DNA of 60,944 nucleotides, counting the filler. It is 3 parts of 3 records of this genome, joined end to end, with 100 filler letters (N's around TTAATTAATTAA, not from the genome) between each part and the next. Parts side by side here need not be neighbours in the genome. Positions count along the whole stretch, not along the records: positions 28,587 to 44,707 come from SRR31156797_2672; 2 more parts are not named here. One strand, 5' to 3'. Every line of letters starts with the position of its first letter. The first letter of the stretch is position 1. The notes beneath the pieces are model-generated. The model saw only the letters and a program-made list of their open reading frames with translations, searched no databases and was not told the origin of the DNA. The translations under genes and the position numbers were made by a program. Positions 30,719 through 40,059 of the stretch are shown here, one piece after another.

Positions 30719-30749
30719 TTGACTTCAAGTGTACTTGAAGATATATAAT
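30719..30749 (+). promoter_or_regulatory. MerR-family-type promoter (19-bp spacer with dyad)
   Basis: TTGACT-19bp-TATAAT; dyad CTTCAAGT-gt-ACTTGAAG at 30723-30740. Confidence 0.8.
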
Positions 30750-30791
30750 TCATGAATCGATTCCAAAGAAAATAAAAATATAATTAAGGAG

Positions 30792-32657
30792 ATGGTGATT
30801 TTGGATTGGAGAAGCAGCCTTCATTCAGAAGTAAATGAGCAATATGTATCGAACCCTTATCCAAAACAGGGAGAGACTGTTGAGATAAGATTATCAATGT
30901 TAAAAAATGACGAAGTAAAAAATGTATTTCTTAGAATTCAAGTAGATGGTGAAGTAGAACATCTAAAAATGAGAAAAATAGAAGTAAAAAATGAATTAGA
31001 ATTTTTTGCTGTAGATTTGAAACTGGCTAAAAAATATGTCCATTATCATTTTATTATTGAAACTGATGATGAGTTTTTATATTTTACGAGAAATGAATTA
31101 ACTTCATATATTCCAACGGAAGATCATGATTATGTAATTATTTGTGATTTTGAAAATCCGGCTTGGATAACTAAAAGTGTATTTTATCAAATTTTTGCAG
31201 ATAGATTTAATAATGGAAATAAAGGTTTAGGTGTTAAAGAAAATGAATATTTATTTGATGGCCATTATCCAAAAGAGATGAACTGGGATGATACACCACT
31301 TGAGTACCCTGAGGGACACTGCTTGGATTTCTTTAATGGAGATCTAAAAGGAATTCAGGATAAAATAGATTATTTTAAAGAGTTAGGAGTTAACGCACTG
31401 TATCTTAATCCAATTTTGGCGGGTCAAACAACTCATAGATATGATTGTACAGATTATTTTAATGTTGATAAACATTTAGGAGGAAATGAAGCATTAGCTG
31501 ATTTAAGCTCTGCACTTCACGATAATGACATGAAAGTAATGCTGGATGTATCGATTAATCATACCGGAATGGAGCATGTTTGGTTTAAGAAGGCTCAACA
31601 AGATAAAAACTGTGTTGAGAGAGAGTATTATTACTTCAATGAAGATAATACTTACTGGTCTTGGTTAGGATTTCATACTTTACCACAGCTTAATTTTTCG
31701 TCTGATAAATTAAGAGATATATTATATAGAGAAGAGAACTCTTTTGTGCAAAAGTTTCTAAAACCACCGTACAGTATAGATGGATGGCGTTTTGATGTAG
31801 GAAATCACACTGGGAAAAAAGAGAATGAAGATCACTGTCATGAAATCTGGAAAGAAGTGAGAAAAGAGATAAAAGGTATCAATAAAGAAGCATATGTCCT
31901 AGGTGAACATTGGGAAGATGCAATTTCTTATCTTTTAGGCGATGAGTGGGACTCACCTATGAATTATTACTCGTGTGCTAAGCCAATTAGAAGATTTATG
32001 GGACTAGTAGATAGAAGATTCTGGGGGTTCAAAGATAAAAGAAAGAGAATGAAACCATCAACAGGTTACGAGCTTGCTGATCAAATTAATCAAAACCTAA
32101 ATAGATTACCTAATCAAATAGCATTTTTACAGTTTAATTTAATAGATTCACACGATATATTCAGACTTCATAACTTCCCGGATGGATTTGATTTTGATCT
32201 ATACAAAGGTCTAATTTCTCTTATGTATCTATTGCCCGGTTGTCCTAATATTTATTATGGAGATGAAATTGGTTTAGATGGGCATCTTGAGAGTGATGAA
32301 GGAATAAGATATCCTATGCTTTGGGATAGAGATAAATGGGATATGAATTACTTTGAACTTTATAAAAAATTATCTCACCTTAAAAGAGAGGAAGAGGTAC
32401 TTCATACAGGAAGTTACAAAGTTCTTTTTGCAGATGAAGATACTTTCTCATTTGTCAGATTTAATCAGGATAAATTAATTTTTAATTTAGTAAGTAGAAA
32501 TAAAGAGAAAACTATTAATATATCATTTAATCAATTTGGAATAGGTAATTTAGAAGTAAAAGAACTTTTAAATTCACAAATCTATAAAATTAATAATGGA
32601 ATTTTAACTTTAAATTTAAAAGAAGTTAACAATGGTGTTTTCGAAATAAAACTATAA
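30792..32657 (+). CDS. GH13 maltodextrin glucosidase/neopullulanase-like enzyme (MalZ-like)
   Basis: FYQIFADRF, GDLKGI, HRYD, DVSINH, DGWRFDV, GEHW, DSHD, YYGDEIG. Confidence 0.9.
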   Translation: MVILDWRSSLHSEVNEQYVSNPYPKQGETVEIRLSMLKNDEVKNVFLRIQVDGEVEHLKMRKIEVKNELEFFAVDLKLAKKYVHYHFIIETDDEFLYFTRNELTSYIPTEDHDYVIICDFENPAWITKSVFYQIFADRFNNGNKGLGVKENEYLFDGHYPKEMNWDDTPLEYPEGHCLDFFNGDLKGIQDKIDYFKELGVNALYLNPILAGQTTHRYDCTDYFNVDKHLGGNEALADLSSALHDNDMKVMLDVSINHTGMEHVWFKKAQQDKNCVEREYYYFNEDNTYWSWLGFHTLPQLNFSSDKLRDILYREENSFVQKFLKPPYSIDGWRFDVGNHTGKKENEDHCHEIWKEVRKEIKGINKEAYVLGEHWEDAISYLLGDEWDSPMNYYSCAKPIRRFMGLVDRRFWGFKDKRKRMKPSTGYELADQINQNLNRLPNQIAFLQFNLIDSHDIFRLHNFPDGFDFDLYKGLISLMYLLPGCPNIYYGDEIGLDGHLESDEGIRYPMLWDRDKWDMNYFELYKKLSHLKREEEVLHTGSYKVLFADEDTFSFVRFNQDKLIFNLVSRNKEKTINISFNQFGIGNLEVKELLNSQIYKINNGILTLNLKEVNNGVFEIKL

Positions 32658-32739
32658 GTTAAAAATAATGATTGCAATAATTGTAGAGCTAATTTATAAT
32701 ATTGTGTACTTTTAAATTTAGAATAGAGAGAGGAACAAT

Positions 32740-33879
32740 ATGAAGATATATGCATTAGCAACTTTTTTCCTATATTTTTCACTAGGAGCTTTTTTCCCTT
32801 TACTTTCAGAGTATTTGGTTAAAACCGGACTTACAGGAACTCAAATCGGGTCGATTTTTTCAATTGGAACATTTATGACAATATTTTTTCAACCGCTTTG
32901 GGGTTTTATTGCAGACAAAACTGGAAAAAAAAGAGAAATACTGTTTGTTTTAGCTTTCGTAACAGCAATAATTGTATTTAGCTTTCCATTTGCAAAAGTA
33001 TTTTTATTAGTATTAGTAGTATTTGCACTTACGCAGGCCTTTATTTGCGGCTTATTTCCAATAAATGATGCAATGATACTTCATTCGAAGTATAAATACG
33101 GTTCTATAAGACTTTGGGGAGCAATTGGATTTGCAGTAGCGGCACAAATTTCAGCATTTTTATCTGATCATGTTTCAAAATATATGATATTTGTATGTAC
33201 CGGTTTAGCATTACTTACAAGTATAATATTTATAATGAAGATGGAGGTTAGTTCGGAGCAATCTGAACCAATGGATTTAAAGTTATTAAAAGACTTATTT
33301 AAAAATAAAGATTATCTGTTTTTTCTGTTAGTCGGTTTTTTTATAGGTGGAACCATCAATGCACACAATAGCTTTTTTGGGTTACTCTATATCGAACTTG
33401 GTGGTGCTGTAACTGGTATTGGGACTGCATTTCTACTGTTTGCATTAAGTGAAGCTCCATTTTTAAGACTTAGTACATTTTTTATCAGAAAAATTGGTCT
33501 TAATACTTATCTGTTAATTTCTGCAATATTGTTTTGTTTGAGATGGATGTTTTACGGTTTTGCACCAAGCTATCAGATTATTCTAATAACTTTTGTTATT
33601 CAGGGATTATCTCTAGGTTCATTTTTGGCAGGGACAGCTGAATATTTAAATTATCATACTAAAAAAGCCCAAACGGCAACAGCAATAACATTTTATAATT
33701 CAGCAAGTATAGGAATAGGTTCAATGTCTTGTATATTTATATCAGGAAAAATTATGGATGCATATAGTGTAGCTGCAGTATATAAATTCTATTCAGTTTG
33801 GACAATGTTTGGTATAATATTATTAGTTGTTTTAGTTTTGAAAGAACGTAAACTAAGATTCAGTAATAAAACAGTATAA
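32740..33879 (+). CDS. MFS sugar transporter (maltose permease/MFS_1-like)
   Basis: QPLWGFIADK, YGSIRLWGAIGFA, about 12 TMs; follows the GH13 gene. Confidence 0.85.
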   Translation: MKIYALATFFLYFSLGAFFPLLSEYLVKTGLTGTQIGSIFSIGTFMTIFFQPLWGFIADKTGKKREILFVLAFVTAIIVFSFPFAKVFLLVLVVFALTQAFICGLFPINDAMILHSKYKYGSIRLWGAIGFAVAAQISAFLSDHVSKYMIFVCTGLALLTSIIFIMKMEVSSEQSEPMDLKLLKDLFKNKDYLFFLLVGFFIGGTINAHNSFFGLLYIELGGAVTGIGTAFLLFALSEAPFLRLSTFFIRKIGLNTYLLISAILFCLRWMFYGFAPSYQIILITFVIQGLSLGSFLAGTAEYLNYHTKKAQTATAITFYNSASIGIGSMSCIFISGKIMDAYSVAAVYKFYSVWTMFGIILLVVLVLKERKLRFSNKTV

Positions 33880-33895
33880 TGAGAGTGTGAATTAA

Positions 33896-34231
33896 ATGAA
33901 AATAAGAGAAAATTACACATGTCCGCTTGAAGTTGCGCATGATATAATCCGAGGAAAATGGAAACCTGTTATCTTATATCAACTACATTGGGAAAAAAGG
34001 GCATCACTTTCTCAATTGGAAAAATCAATTAACGGAATTAGTCAAAAAATGCTTTTGGAACAGTTAAAAGAACTTCAAGAGTTTGGATTAGTATCCAAAG
34101 AAACTTTTGAAGGATATCCACTTAGAGTTGAGTATTTTTTAACAGAAGATAAAGGAAATAAAATAATTGAAGCTCTGGAAATATTGCAAGAGATTGGGAG
34201 AGAGTATTTAGCAGAAAGAAAATGTAAGTAA
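33896..34231 (+). CDS. HxlR/DUF24 family transcriptional regulator
   Basis: CPLE...IRGKWK, GISQKML..QLKEL, P.RVEY.LT. Confidence 0.92.
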   Translation: MKIRENYTCPLEVAHDIIRGKWKPVILYQLHWEKRASLSQLEKSINGISQKMLLEQLKELQEFGLVSKETFEGYPLRVEYFLTEDKGNKIIEALEILQEIGREYLAERKCK

Positions 34232-34241
34232 AATTTATATT

Positions 34242-34274
34242 GAGAAGCTCATTTAAGCGAGCTTCTCTTTTTTT
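34242..34274 (+). terminator. Intrinsic terminator
   Basis: GAGAAGCTC-loop-GAGCTTCTC-T7. Confidence 0.9.
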
Positions 34275-34301
34275 ATAAAAAAATAATTAAAATTTATATA
34301 G

Positions 34302-34344
34302 TGTGACGAAGCTCACATTAGTTTCTTGATATTTCTGCTAAGAT
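34302..34344 (+). promoter_or_regulatory. CRP/FNR-family box at about -41.5 of an extended -10 promoter
   Basis: TGTGA-cgaagc-TCACA at 34302-34317; TGcTAAGAT at 34336-34344. Confidence 0.75.
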
Positions 34345-34392
34345 ATTTATGTTCATGTAAGTGAAAAAAATATTTATTTAGGAGGATTATGA

Positions 34393-35166
34393 ATGGTAGC
34401 AGCAGTATTAGATAGTTTATCTAACGCGACAATTGAAAAGGCTAAATTACTTAAAAAAAGTAAACTAGCTTATAATGTTTCGGGAATTATGGCAGGATTT
34501 TATGTAGGAATTGGTTTGATTTTAGCAATGACAGTTGGAAGTTTAACAAAAGCATCAGGGCCACACTTCAAAGTATTAATGGGAGTATCATTTGGTATAG
34601 CATTATCTTTAGTAATTATGACAGGTTCTGAGCTGTTTACAGGAAATAACTTTATAGTTGGAGCAGCGGCTTTAAATAAAAAAGTAACATGGAAACAAGC
34701 ACTTAATATTTGGATATTTAGTTATTTTGGGAACTTTTTAGGATCTACTCTAATTGGAAGTTTATTTGTAATGACAGGAACACCTACAGCGGAGAGCACA
34801 ATGGGTAAATTTGTTATTGCGCTTGCAAAGGCAAAAATGAATGCACCTGCAGGACCACTTTTCTTCAAAGGAATTTTATGTAATGTATTAGTTTGTGTTG
34901 CAATTTTCTGTGCTTTCAAAATGAAAGAGGAGACAGGAAAATTAATTATGATCTGGTGGTGTTTGTTTGCATTTATCACATCCGGTTATGAGCACAGTAT
35001 AGCTAATATGACTATATTTACAATTGCATTACCGATAGCAAATGATGCAGCAGTTTCAGTTGCCGGTTATGGACATAATATGTTATGGGTAACATTAGGA
35101 AATTTCGTTGGAGGATTTGGATTAGCTGTAGTTTACTATATTTTAGGGAAAAACTCAGATAACTAG
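34393..35166 (+). CDS. Formate/nitrite transporter family channel (NirC/HSC-like)
   Basis: GSELFTGN, GNFLG, GILCNVLVC, GYEHSIANM, LGNFVGG; upstream of asrABC. Confidence 0.92.
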   Translation: MVAAVLDSLSNATIEKAKLLKKSKLAYNVSGIMAGFYVGIGLILAMTVGSLTKASGPHFKVLMGVSFGIALSLVIMTGSELFTGNNFIVGAAALNKKVTWKQALNIWIFSYFGNFLGSTLIGSLFVMTGTPTAESTMGKFVIALAKAKMNAPAGPLFFKGILCNVLVCVAIFCAFKMKEETGKLIMIWWCLFAFITSGYEHSIANMTIFTIALPIANDAAVSVAGYGHNMLWVTLGNFVGGFGLAVVYYILGKNSDN

Positions 35167-35226
35167 TAAATTAATCACCTATTATTTTCACATTCACTAT
35201 GCGACACCCACCACGCATAGGATATA

Positions 35227-35252
35227 CAGGCTCAAATCTTAATTTGAGCCTG
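35227..35252. other. Intergenic palindrome
   Basis: CAGGCTCAAAT-ctta-ATTTGAGCCTG. Confidence 0.6.
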
Positions 35253-35325
35253 CTAAGCTGTTATATTATTATTGAGATACTATAAAGAGAATTATCTTTT
35301 AAACAAACAATTAAAGGAGAAAAAA

Positions 35326-36336
35326 ATGAAAATATCATTATCTAAAAATGAATTTAATGAAAGTTTAGCGAAACTTTCTGAAAAATATAGAATATTTGCC
35401 CCGAAGACATTTAAAGCTGAGGGAAGATTTTCTGATACGGATTTAGTTCGATATGCTGAAATATCTTCTGTAGAGGAGATGGTCTGGGGAACAAAATCAG
35501 AGTATTCGCCAAAGGAAGTAACTTTACCAATGTCTGAGGTTTTATTCTATTTTACTGAAAAAGATTATAAAGTTCCTGATATTGATGAAAAAGGAACAAT
35601 TATTTTCTTGAGAAGTTGTGACATGCATGCAGTTAAAAGAGTAGATGAAATATATTTAAGAAATAAATTTACAGATTATTATTATAAAAAAAATAGAGAT
35701 AAAGTTAAATTTGTAGTAGTTGGTTGTGAAAAATCATTTGAGAACTGTTTCTGTGTAAGTATGGGGGCTAATAAAACGGATGACTATAACATAGGTTTTC
35801 AACTAGCTGGTGAAGCAGTAAATTTAGATATTAAAGATGAAACTATGAATGAATTTTTTAATGGAACAGAAACTGAGTTTGCTATGAATTTCGTTGAGGA
35901 AAATGAAACAAAAGTTGAAGTACCTGAGAATTTAGAACTAAAAGAAGTAAAAGATATGGAATTATGGAGAGAATATGACAAAAGATGTGTAGCATGTGGA
36001 AGATGTAATTTTGTATGTCCGACATGTACTTGTTATACAGCTCAAGATATCTATTACTCTGAAAATGAAAATGTAGGTGAAAGAAGAAGAGTATGGGCTT
36101 CTTGCCATGTAGACGGGTATACTGATATGGCTGGAGGACATTCATTTAGAACTAAAAAAGGTGATAGAATGAGATTCAAAGTTATGCATAAAATATCTGA
36201 CTTTGAAAAAAGATTCGGTTATCATATGTGCGTAGGTTGTGGAAGATGTGACGACGCATGTCCGGAGTATATTTCATTCTCAAACTGTATAAATAAATTA
36301 AATACTGAAACTCAGAAAAAAAAGGAGGCAGAATAA
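35326..36336 (+). CDS. asrA: Anaerobic sulfite reductase subunit A
   Basis: SPKE, LRSCD, CFCVSMG, CVACGRCNFVCPTCTC, CVGCGRCDDACP; AAGGAG RBS. Confidence 0.95.
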   Translation: MKISLSKNEFNESLAKLSEKYRIFAPKTFKAEGRFSDTDLVRYAEISSVEEMVWGTKSEYSPKEVTLPMSEVLFYFTEKDYKVPDIDEKGTIIFLRSCDMHAVKRVDEIYLRNKFTDYYYKKNRDKVKFVVVGCEKSFENCFCVSMGANKTDDYNIGFQLAGEAVNLDIKDETMNEFFNGTETEFAMNFVEENETKVEVPENLELKEVKDMELWREYDKRCVACGRCNFVCPTCTCYTAQDIYYSENENVGERRRVWASCHVDGYTDMAGGHSFRTKKGDRMRFKVMHKISDFEKRFGYHMCVGCGRCDDACPEYISFSNCINKLNTETQKKKEAE

Positions 36337-36337
36337 T

Positions 36338-37135
36338 ATGATAGAAAATTGTTTATTACCAAAAGAATACAAAATATTATCTGTTGAACAAAAAACATCA
36401 ATAGAGTGGTTATTCAGAGTTGAATTTGATCAAGCTGTTGCAGGAGGTCAATTCATTCAAATCTCAATACCAAGAGTTGGGGAAGCTCCTATTTCAGTTA
36501 CTGAGTTTGATAATGAAGCTGGTTGGGTAGAGTTTTTAATTAGAAAAGTCGGAAAAGTAACAGATGTTCTGTTTGATCTAAAAGCTGGAGATACGATGTT
36601 CCTGAGAGGGCCATATGGTAATACTTTCCCAATTGATGAGTATGAAGGAAAACATCTGGTTATCGTAGCCGGAGGATCTGGACTGGCACCTGTTAGATCT
36701 GTGATTAATCATTTCTTCAAAAAAGATAATGCGAAAGTTGATCTGCTACTTGGATTTAAAGATGAGCATTCGATTATATTTAAAGAAGAGATAAATGAAT
36801 GGAAGTATAAATTTGACACTATTATAACTCTTGATCAGGCATGTGCTCTAGACGGTGTTTGTGAAGGTTTAGTTACAAAATATATTCCTCACCTTGAATT
36901 AGCTAATGATTACGACAATATGGAAGTTGTAATTGTAGGTCCACCTGCAATGATGAAATTTTCAACAATAGAGTTTTTAAGAAGAGGAGTACCTAAGGAT
37001 AAAATCTGGGTTTCTTTTGAGAGAAAAATGTCTTGCGCTGTTGGTAAATGTGGTCATTGTAAAATTGATGAAACTTATGTATGTCTTGAAGGGCCTGTAT
37101 TTAAATTTGATAAAGCAGAAACTTTATTTGACTAA
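36338..37135 (+). CDS. asrB: Anaerobic sulfite reductase subunit B
   Basis: GEAPIS, RGPYGN, AGGSGLAP, ERKMSCAVGKCGHC...YVCLEGP. Confidence 0.95.
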   Translation: MIENCLLPKEYKILSVEQKTSIEWLFRVEFDQAVAGGQFIQISIPRVGEAPISVTEFDNEAGWVEFLIRKVGKVTDVLFDLKAGDTMFLRGPYGNTFPIDEYEGKHLVIVAGGSGLAPVRSVINHFFKKDNAKVDLLLGFKDEHSIIFKEEINEWKYKFDTIITLDQACALDGVCEGLVTKYIPHLELANDYDNMEVVIVGPPAMMKFSTIEFLRRGVPKDKIWVSFERKMSCAVGKCGHCKIDETYVCLEGPVFKFDKAETLFD

Positions 37136-37149
37136 GAAATTTTGTTTTT

Positions 37150-37172
37150 GTAGGGGCACATGCAATGCCCCT
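37150..37172. repeat. GTAG-type REP-like palindrome
   Basis: GTAGGGGCA-catgcaa-TGCCCCT between asrB and asrC. Confidence 0.5.
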
Positions 37173-37207
37173 TATGGTAAATCAATTAATATTGAGGAGG
37201 ATAATTA

Positions 37208-38182
37208 ATGAGTTTAGATATAAATAGAAAAGCAGTTACGAAAAATGCTTATAGAGTCACTAAAGTAAGAAATGAAACTGCATTAAGAGTAAGAGTTCCA
37301 GGCGGAGAAATTACAGGAGAACTTCTGGTAAAAGTAGCAGAGATCGCTAATGAATATGGAAATGGAAAAGTACATCTTACTACAAGACAAGGATTTGAAA
37401 TAATGGGAATTGATTATGCGGATATTCCTGAAATAAACGCTAAAATAGAAGTACTTTTAACAAAACTGGGAATTAATCATATAGATGAAAAAAAAGGTTA
37501 TCCGGCAGCTGGTACAAGAAATATAGCAGCTTGTATAGGAAACAAAGTATGTCCTAAAGCTCAGTATCATACTACAGATTTAGCTAAAAAAATTGAAGAT
37601 GCAGTATTTCCGAATGATTTTCATTTTAAAATTGCACTTACAGGATGTCCAAATGATTGTCAAAAAGTAAGAATGCATGATTTTGGAATTATTGGAATGA
37701 CACTTCCAAAACTTAGAGCACATAGGTGTATCTCATGTGGAAGATGTGAGAAAAAATGTAAATCACTTTCTACAGGTGCAATTAAAATGAATAATTATAA
37801 ACCTGTAAGAGAACATGACAGATGTATAGGATGTGGAGAGTGTACACTAAATTGTCCGACAGCTGCATGGATTAGAGATGAAAAAAAATACTTTAGATTA
37901 GCTATCATGGGTAGAACCGGTAAGAGAAACCCTAGATTAGCAGAAGACTGGTTAATCTGGGCAGATGAAGAGAGTATTATTAAGATAATAACTAATACTT
38001 ATGCCTATGTTGATAAGTATATTAATAGAGCTCTTCCTAAAGAACATATAGGATATATAGTTGATAGAACAGGTTTTGAAGAGTATAAAAAATGGGCATT
38101 AAAAGATGTCAAACTACCGGAAGAAACAATAGCAAAACATCATATTTATTGGGCTGGTGTTAAATATCCCGGAATATTATAA
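37208..38182 (+). CDS. asrC: Anaerobic sulfite reductase subunit C
   Basis: KNAYRV, RVPGG, TTRQG, ACIGNKVC, TGCPNDC siroheme-FeS motifs, two ferredoxin motifs. Confidence 0.95.
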   Translation: MSLDINRKAVTKNAYRVTKVRNETALRVRVPGGEITGELLVKVAEIANEYGNGKVHLTTRQGFEIMGIDYADIPEINAKIEVLLTKLGINHIDEKKGYPAAGTRNIAACIGNKVCPKAQYHTTDLAKKIEDAVFPNDFHFKIALTGCPNDCQKVRMHDFGIIGMTLPKLRAHRCISCGRCEKKCKSLSTGAIKMNNYKPVREHDRCIGCGECTLNCPTAAWIRDEKKYFRLAIMGRTGKRNPRLAEDWLIWADEESIIKIITNTYAYVDKYINRALPKEHIGYIVDRTGFEEYKKWALKDVKLPEETIAKHHIYWAGVKYPGIL

Positions 38183-38298
38183 AAATACAATTTTAGAGCA
38201 GCTTAGCCTGCTCTTTAGCTGTTTATATAAATAAATATTGGTTTTAGTGAAATTTAAGTATATAATGAAATATAGAGAAAATATCTAATTATTGGAGG

Positions 38299-38667
38299 GT
38301 GAGTATGATGAAAGGAATTTTGATTATTGGTCATGGGAGTAGAATTGAAGAGGGGAATATTGCTTTTGAAAGGCTTGTGAATGACTTCGCAGAAAAAAGC
38401 ACACTACCTGTTTATGGAGCGCATATGGCATTAGCTGAGCCAAGTATAGAAGACTCTGTACACAAAATGGTGAAAGATGGAATAAGGGATATTGTTGTAT
38501 TGCCGTATCTTTTGTACGGAGGTAAGCATATTAAAAAACACATTCCAGAAAAACTGGATGCACTAAAAAAAGAGATAGTTGATGTAGAATTTACAGTGAC
38601 TTCAACTCTTGCTAATGATCCACTTGTTATTCAAGCAATGCGTAATAGAGTTGAAAAATATATGTAA
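38299..38667 (+). CDS. CbiX/SirB-type sirohydrochlorin chelatase (short form)
   Basis: IGHGSR, AEPSIE, LPYLL.GGKH..KHIP. Confidence 0.85.
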   Translation: MSMMKGILIIGHGSRIEEGNIAFERLVNDFAEKSTLPVYGAHMALAEPSIEDSVHKMVKDGIRDIVVLPYLLYGGKHIKKHIPEKLDALKKEIVDVEFTVTSTLANDPLVIQAMRNRVEKYM

Positions 38668-38683
38668 TATCACATAAAATTCC

Positions 38684-38709
38684 GGTAGATGATTTCATCT
38701 GCCTTTTTT
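38684..38709 (+). terminator. Intrinsic terminator
   Basis: GGTAGATGA/TCATCTGCC followed by T6. Confidence 0.8.
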
Positions 38710-38794
38710 ATTACTTAGAAAAATATAAACTTGCAACTTTTAAAGGAAATCTCGAGAATATAGGAATATAGCTATATAGAATAATTCTGGAGAG

Positions 38795-39835
38795 GTGGCT
38801 ATTATGACTAGTGAGAATATGTTTAAAATATTAAATTTACTGAAGCAAATAGATATCGTAGCTGCTAAACTCTATACAAAAATGGCTCGAAACAGTCAAA
38901 ATAACGAAATAGAAGAGTTTTGGAAAAAAATGGCTGAAGAGGAGAGAAGTCATGTTGAATTTTGGCAATGCGCAATAAATTATAGTGAAGTAAACACAAT
39001 GCCCGATATTTTTAATGAACCACAAGATGTTATAAGTGATTTGCTAATTTCATATAAAAAATCAAATCAACTGCTTGCAACAATTTATGATAATAATCAA
39101 AGTATTGCTCATTTTTTTATTACTGCATATTGGATGGAGTTTTATTTAATTCATCCGGCCTTTGAGAGTATTTTTCATTATATGAAAGTATTTTGCATAG
39201 CTGTAAATCCGGAAAAGGATTATGAACATCATATATTAGAATTTGTAAAAGCCTTTGAGAAATACGGAAATGTTTCTTTGGAGATGGAGTTATTAGGATC
39301 AATACTACATAATCTATGGATTCGTAATAGAGAATTAGCAAAACAAAATATTCATGATAATTTAACTAATATTTTAAATAGAAAAGGAATACTTGATTTG
39401 GCATTATCATTTTCAGCATTAGCTAAAAGAAATGAATACACTAACGGTTTAATTATAATCGATGTAGATGATTTCAAAAGTATAAATGATACATATGGTC
39501 ATCCATTTGGTGATGTTGTATTGAGAAAAATCGCTGATAGGATTAAGTCAAATATACGAAAATCTGATTTGGCAGGTAGGTATGGCGGTGAAGAATTTTT
39601 AGTTTATGTAAATAATATTGATATGCCTTCACTTGAAAAGTTAGCGGAAAAAATTAGAGTTGCAATAGCGGAGAAAGCAATTGATGACTTGCATGTAACT
39701 GTCAGTTTAGGTTGCGCTACTGAAGAATATTTAATTGAAAATGAAAAAATCAGGTTAGAAAAAGCGATTAAATTAGCAGATGATATGATGTATATAGCTA
39801 AAAAGCAAGGAAAAAACAGGGTAATTATTCCTTGA
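38795..39835 (+). CDS. Diguanylate cyclase with N-terminal ferritin/rubrerythrin-like domain
   Basis: AAKLY...MAEEERSH; D.LT.ILNR, DVDDFKSINDTYGH, RKSD I-site, RYGGEEF. Confidence 0.88.
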   Translation: MAIMTSENMFKILNLLKQIDIVAAKLYTKMARNSQNNEIEEFWKKMAEEERSHVEFWQCAINYSEVNTMPDIFNEPQDVISDLLISYKKSNQLLATIYDNNQSIAHFFITAYWMEFYLIHPAFESIFHYMKVFCIAVNPEKDYEHHILEFVKAFEKYGNVSLEMELLGSILHNLWIRNRELAKQNIHDNLTNILNRKGILDLALSFSALAKRNEYTNGLIIIDVDDFKSINDTYGHPFGDVVLRKIADRIKSNIRKSDLAGRYGGEEFLVYVNNIDMPSLEKLAEKIRVAIAEKAIDDLHVTVSLGCATEEYLIENEKIRLEKAIKLADDMMYIAKKQGKNRVIIP

Positions 39836-39846
39836 TAATATTTAAT

Positions 39847-39879
39847 AAAAAAGAGATAACGGCTAGTTATCTCTTTTTT
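39847..39879. terminator. Intrinsic terminator
   Basis: AAAAAAGAGATAAC-ggcta-GTTATCTCTTTTTT. Confidence 0.85.
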
Positions 39880-40059
39880 GTTGCTAATATATAGAAAGTA
39901 TAAAAACTTAATGACTTACAATATTGTTACATTATAATAGGTTACTATTGTAATAAAGCAAAAAATAAGTGAAAAAATAAAGGAATAGGATATTATTACA
40001 GTAAATTATTGGTAAAGAGGGGAAAATATATTAATAAGATGTCAAGGAGAGGAATTATT

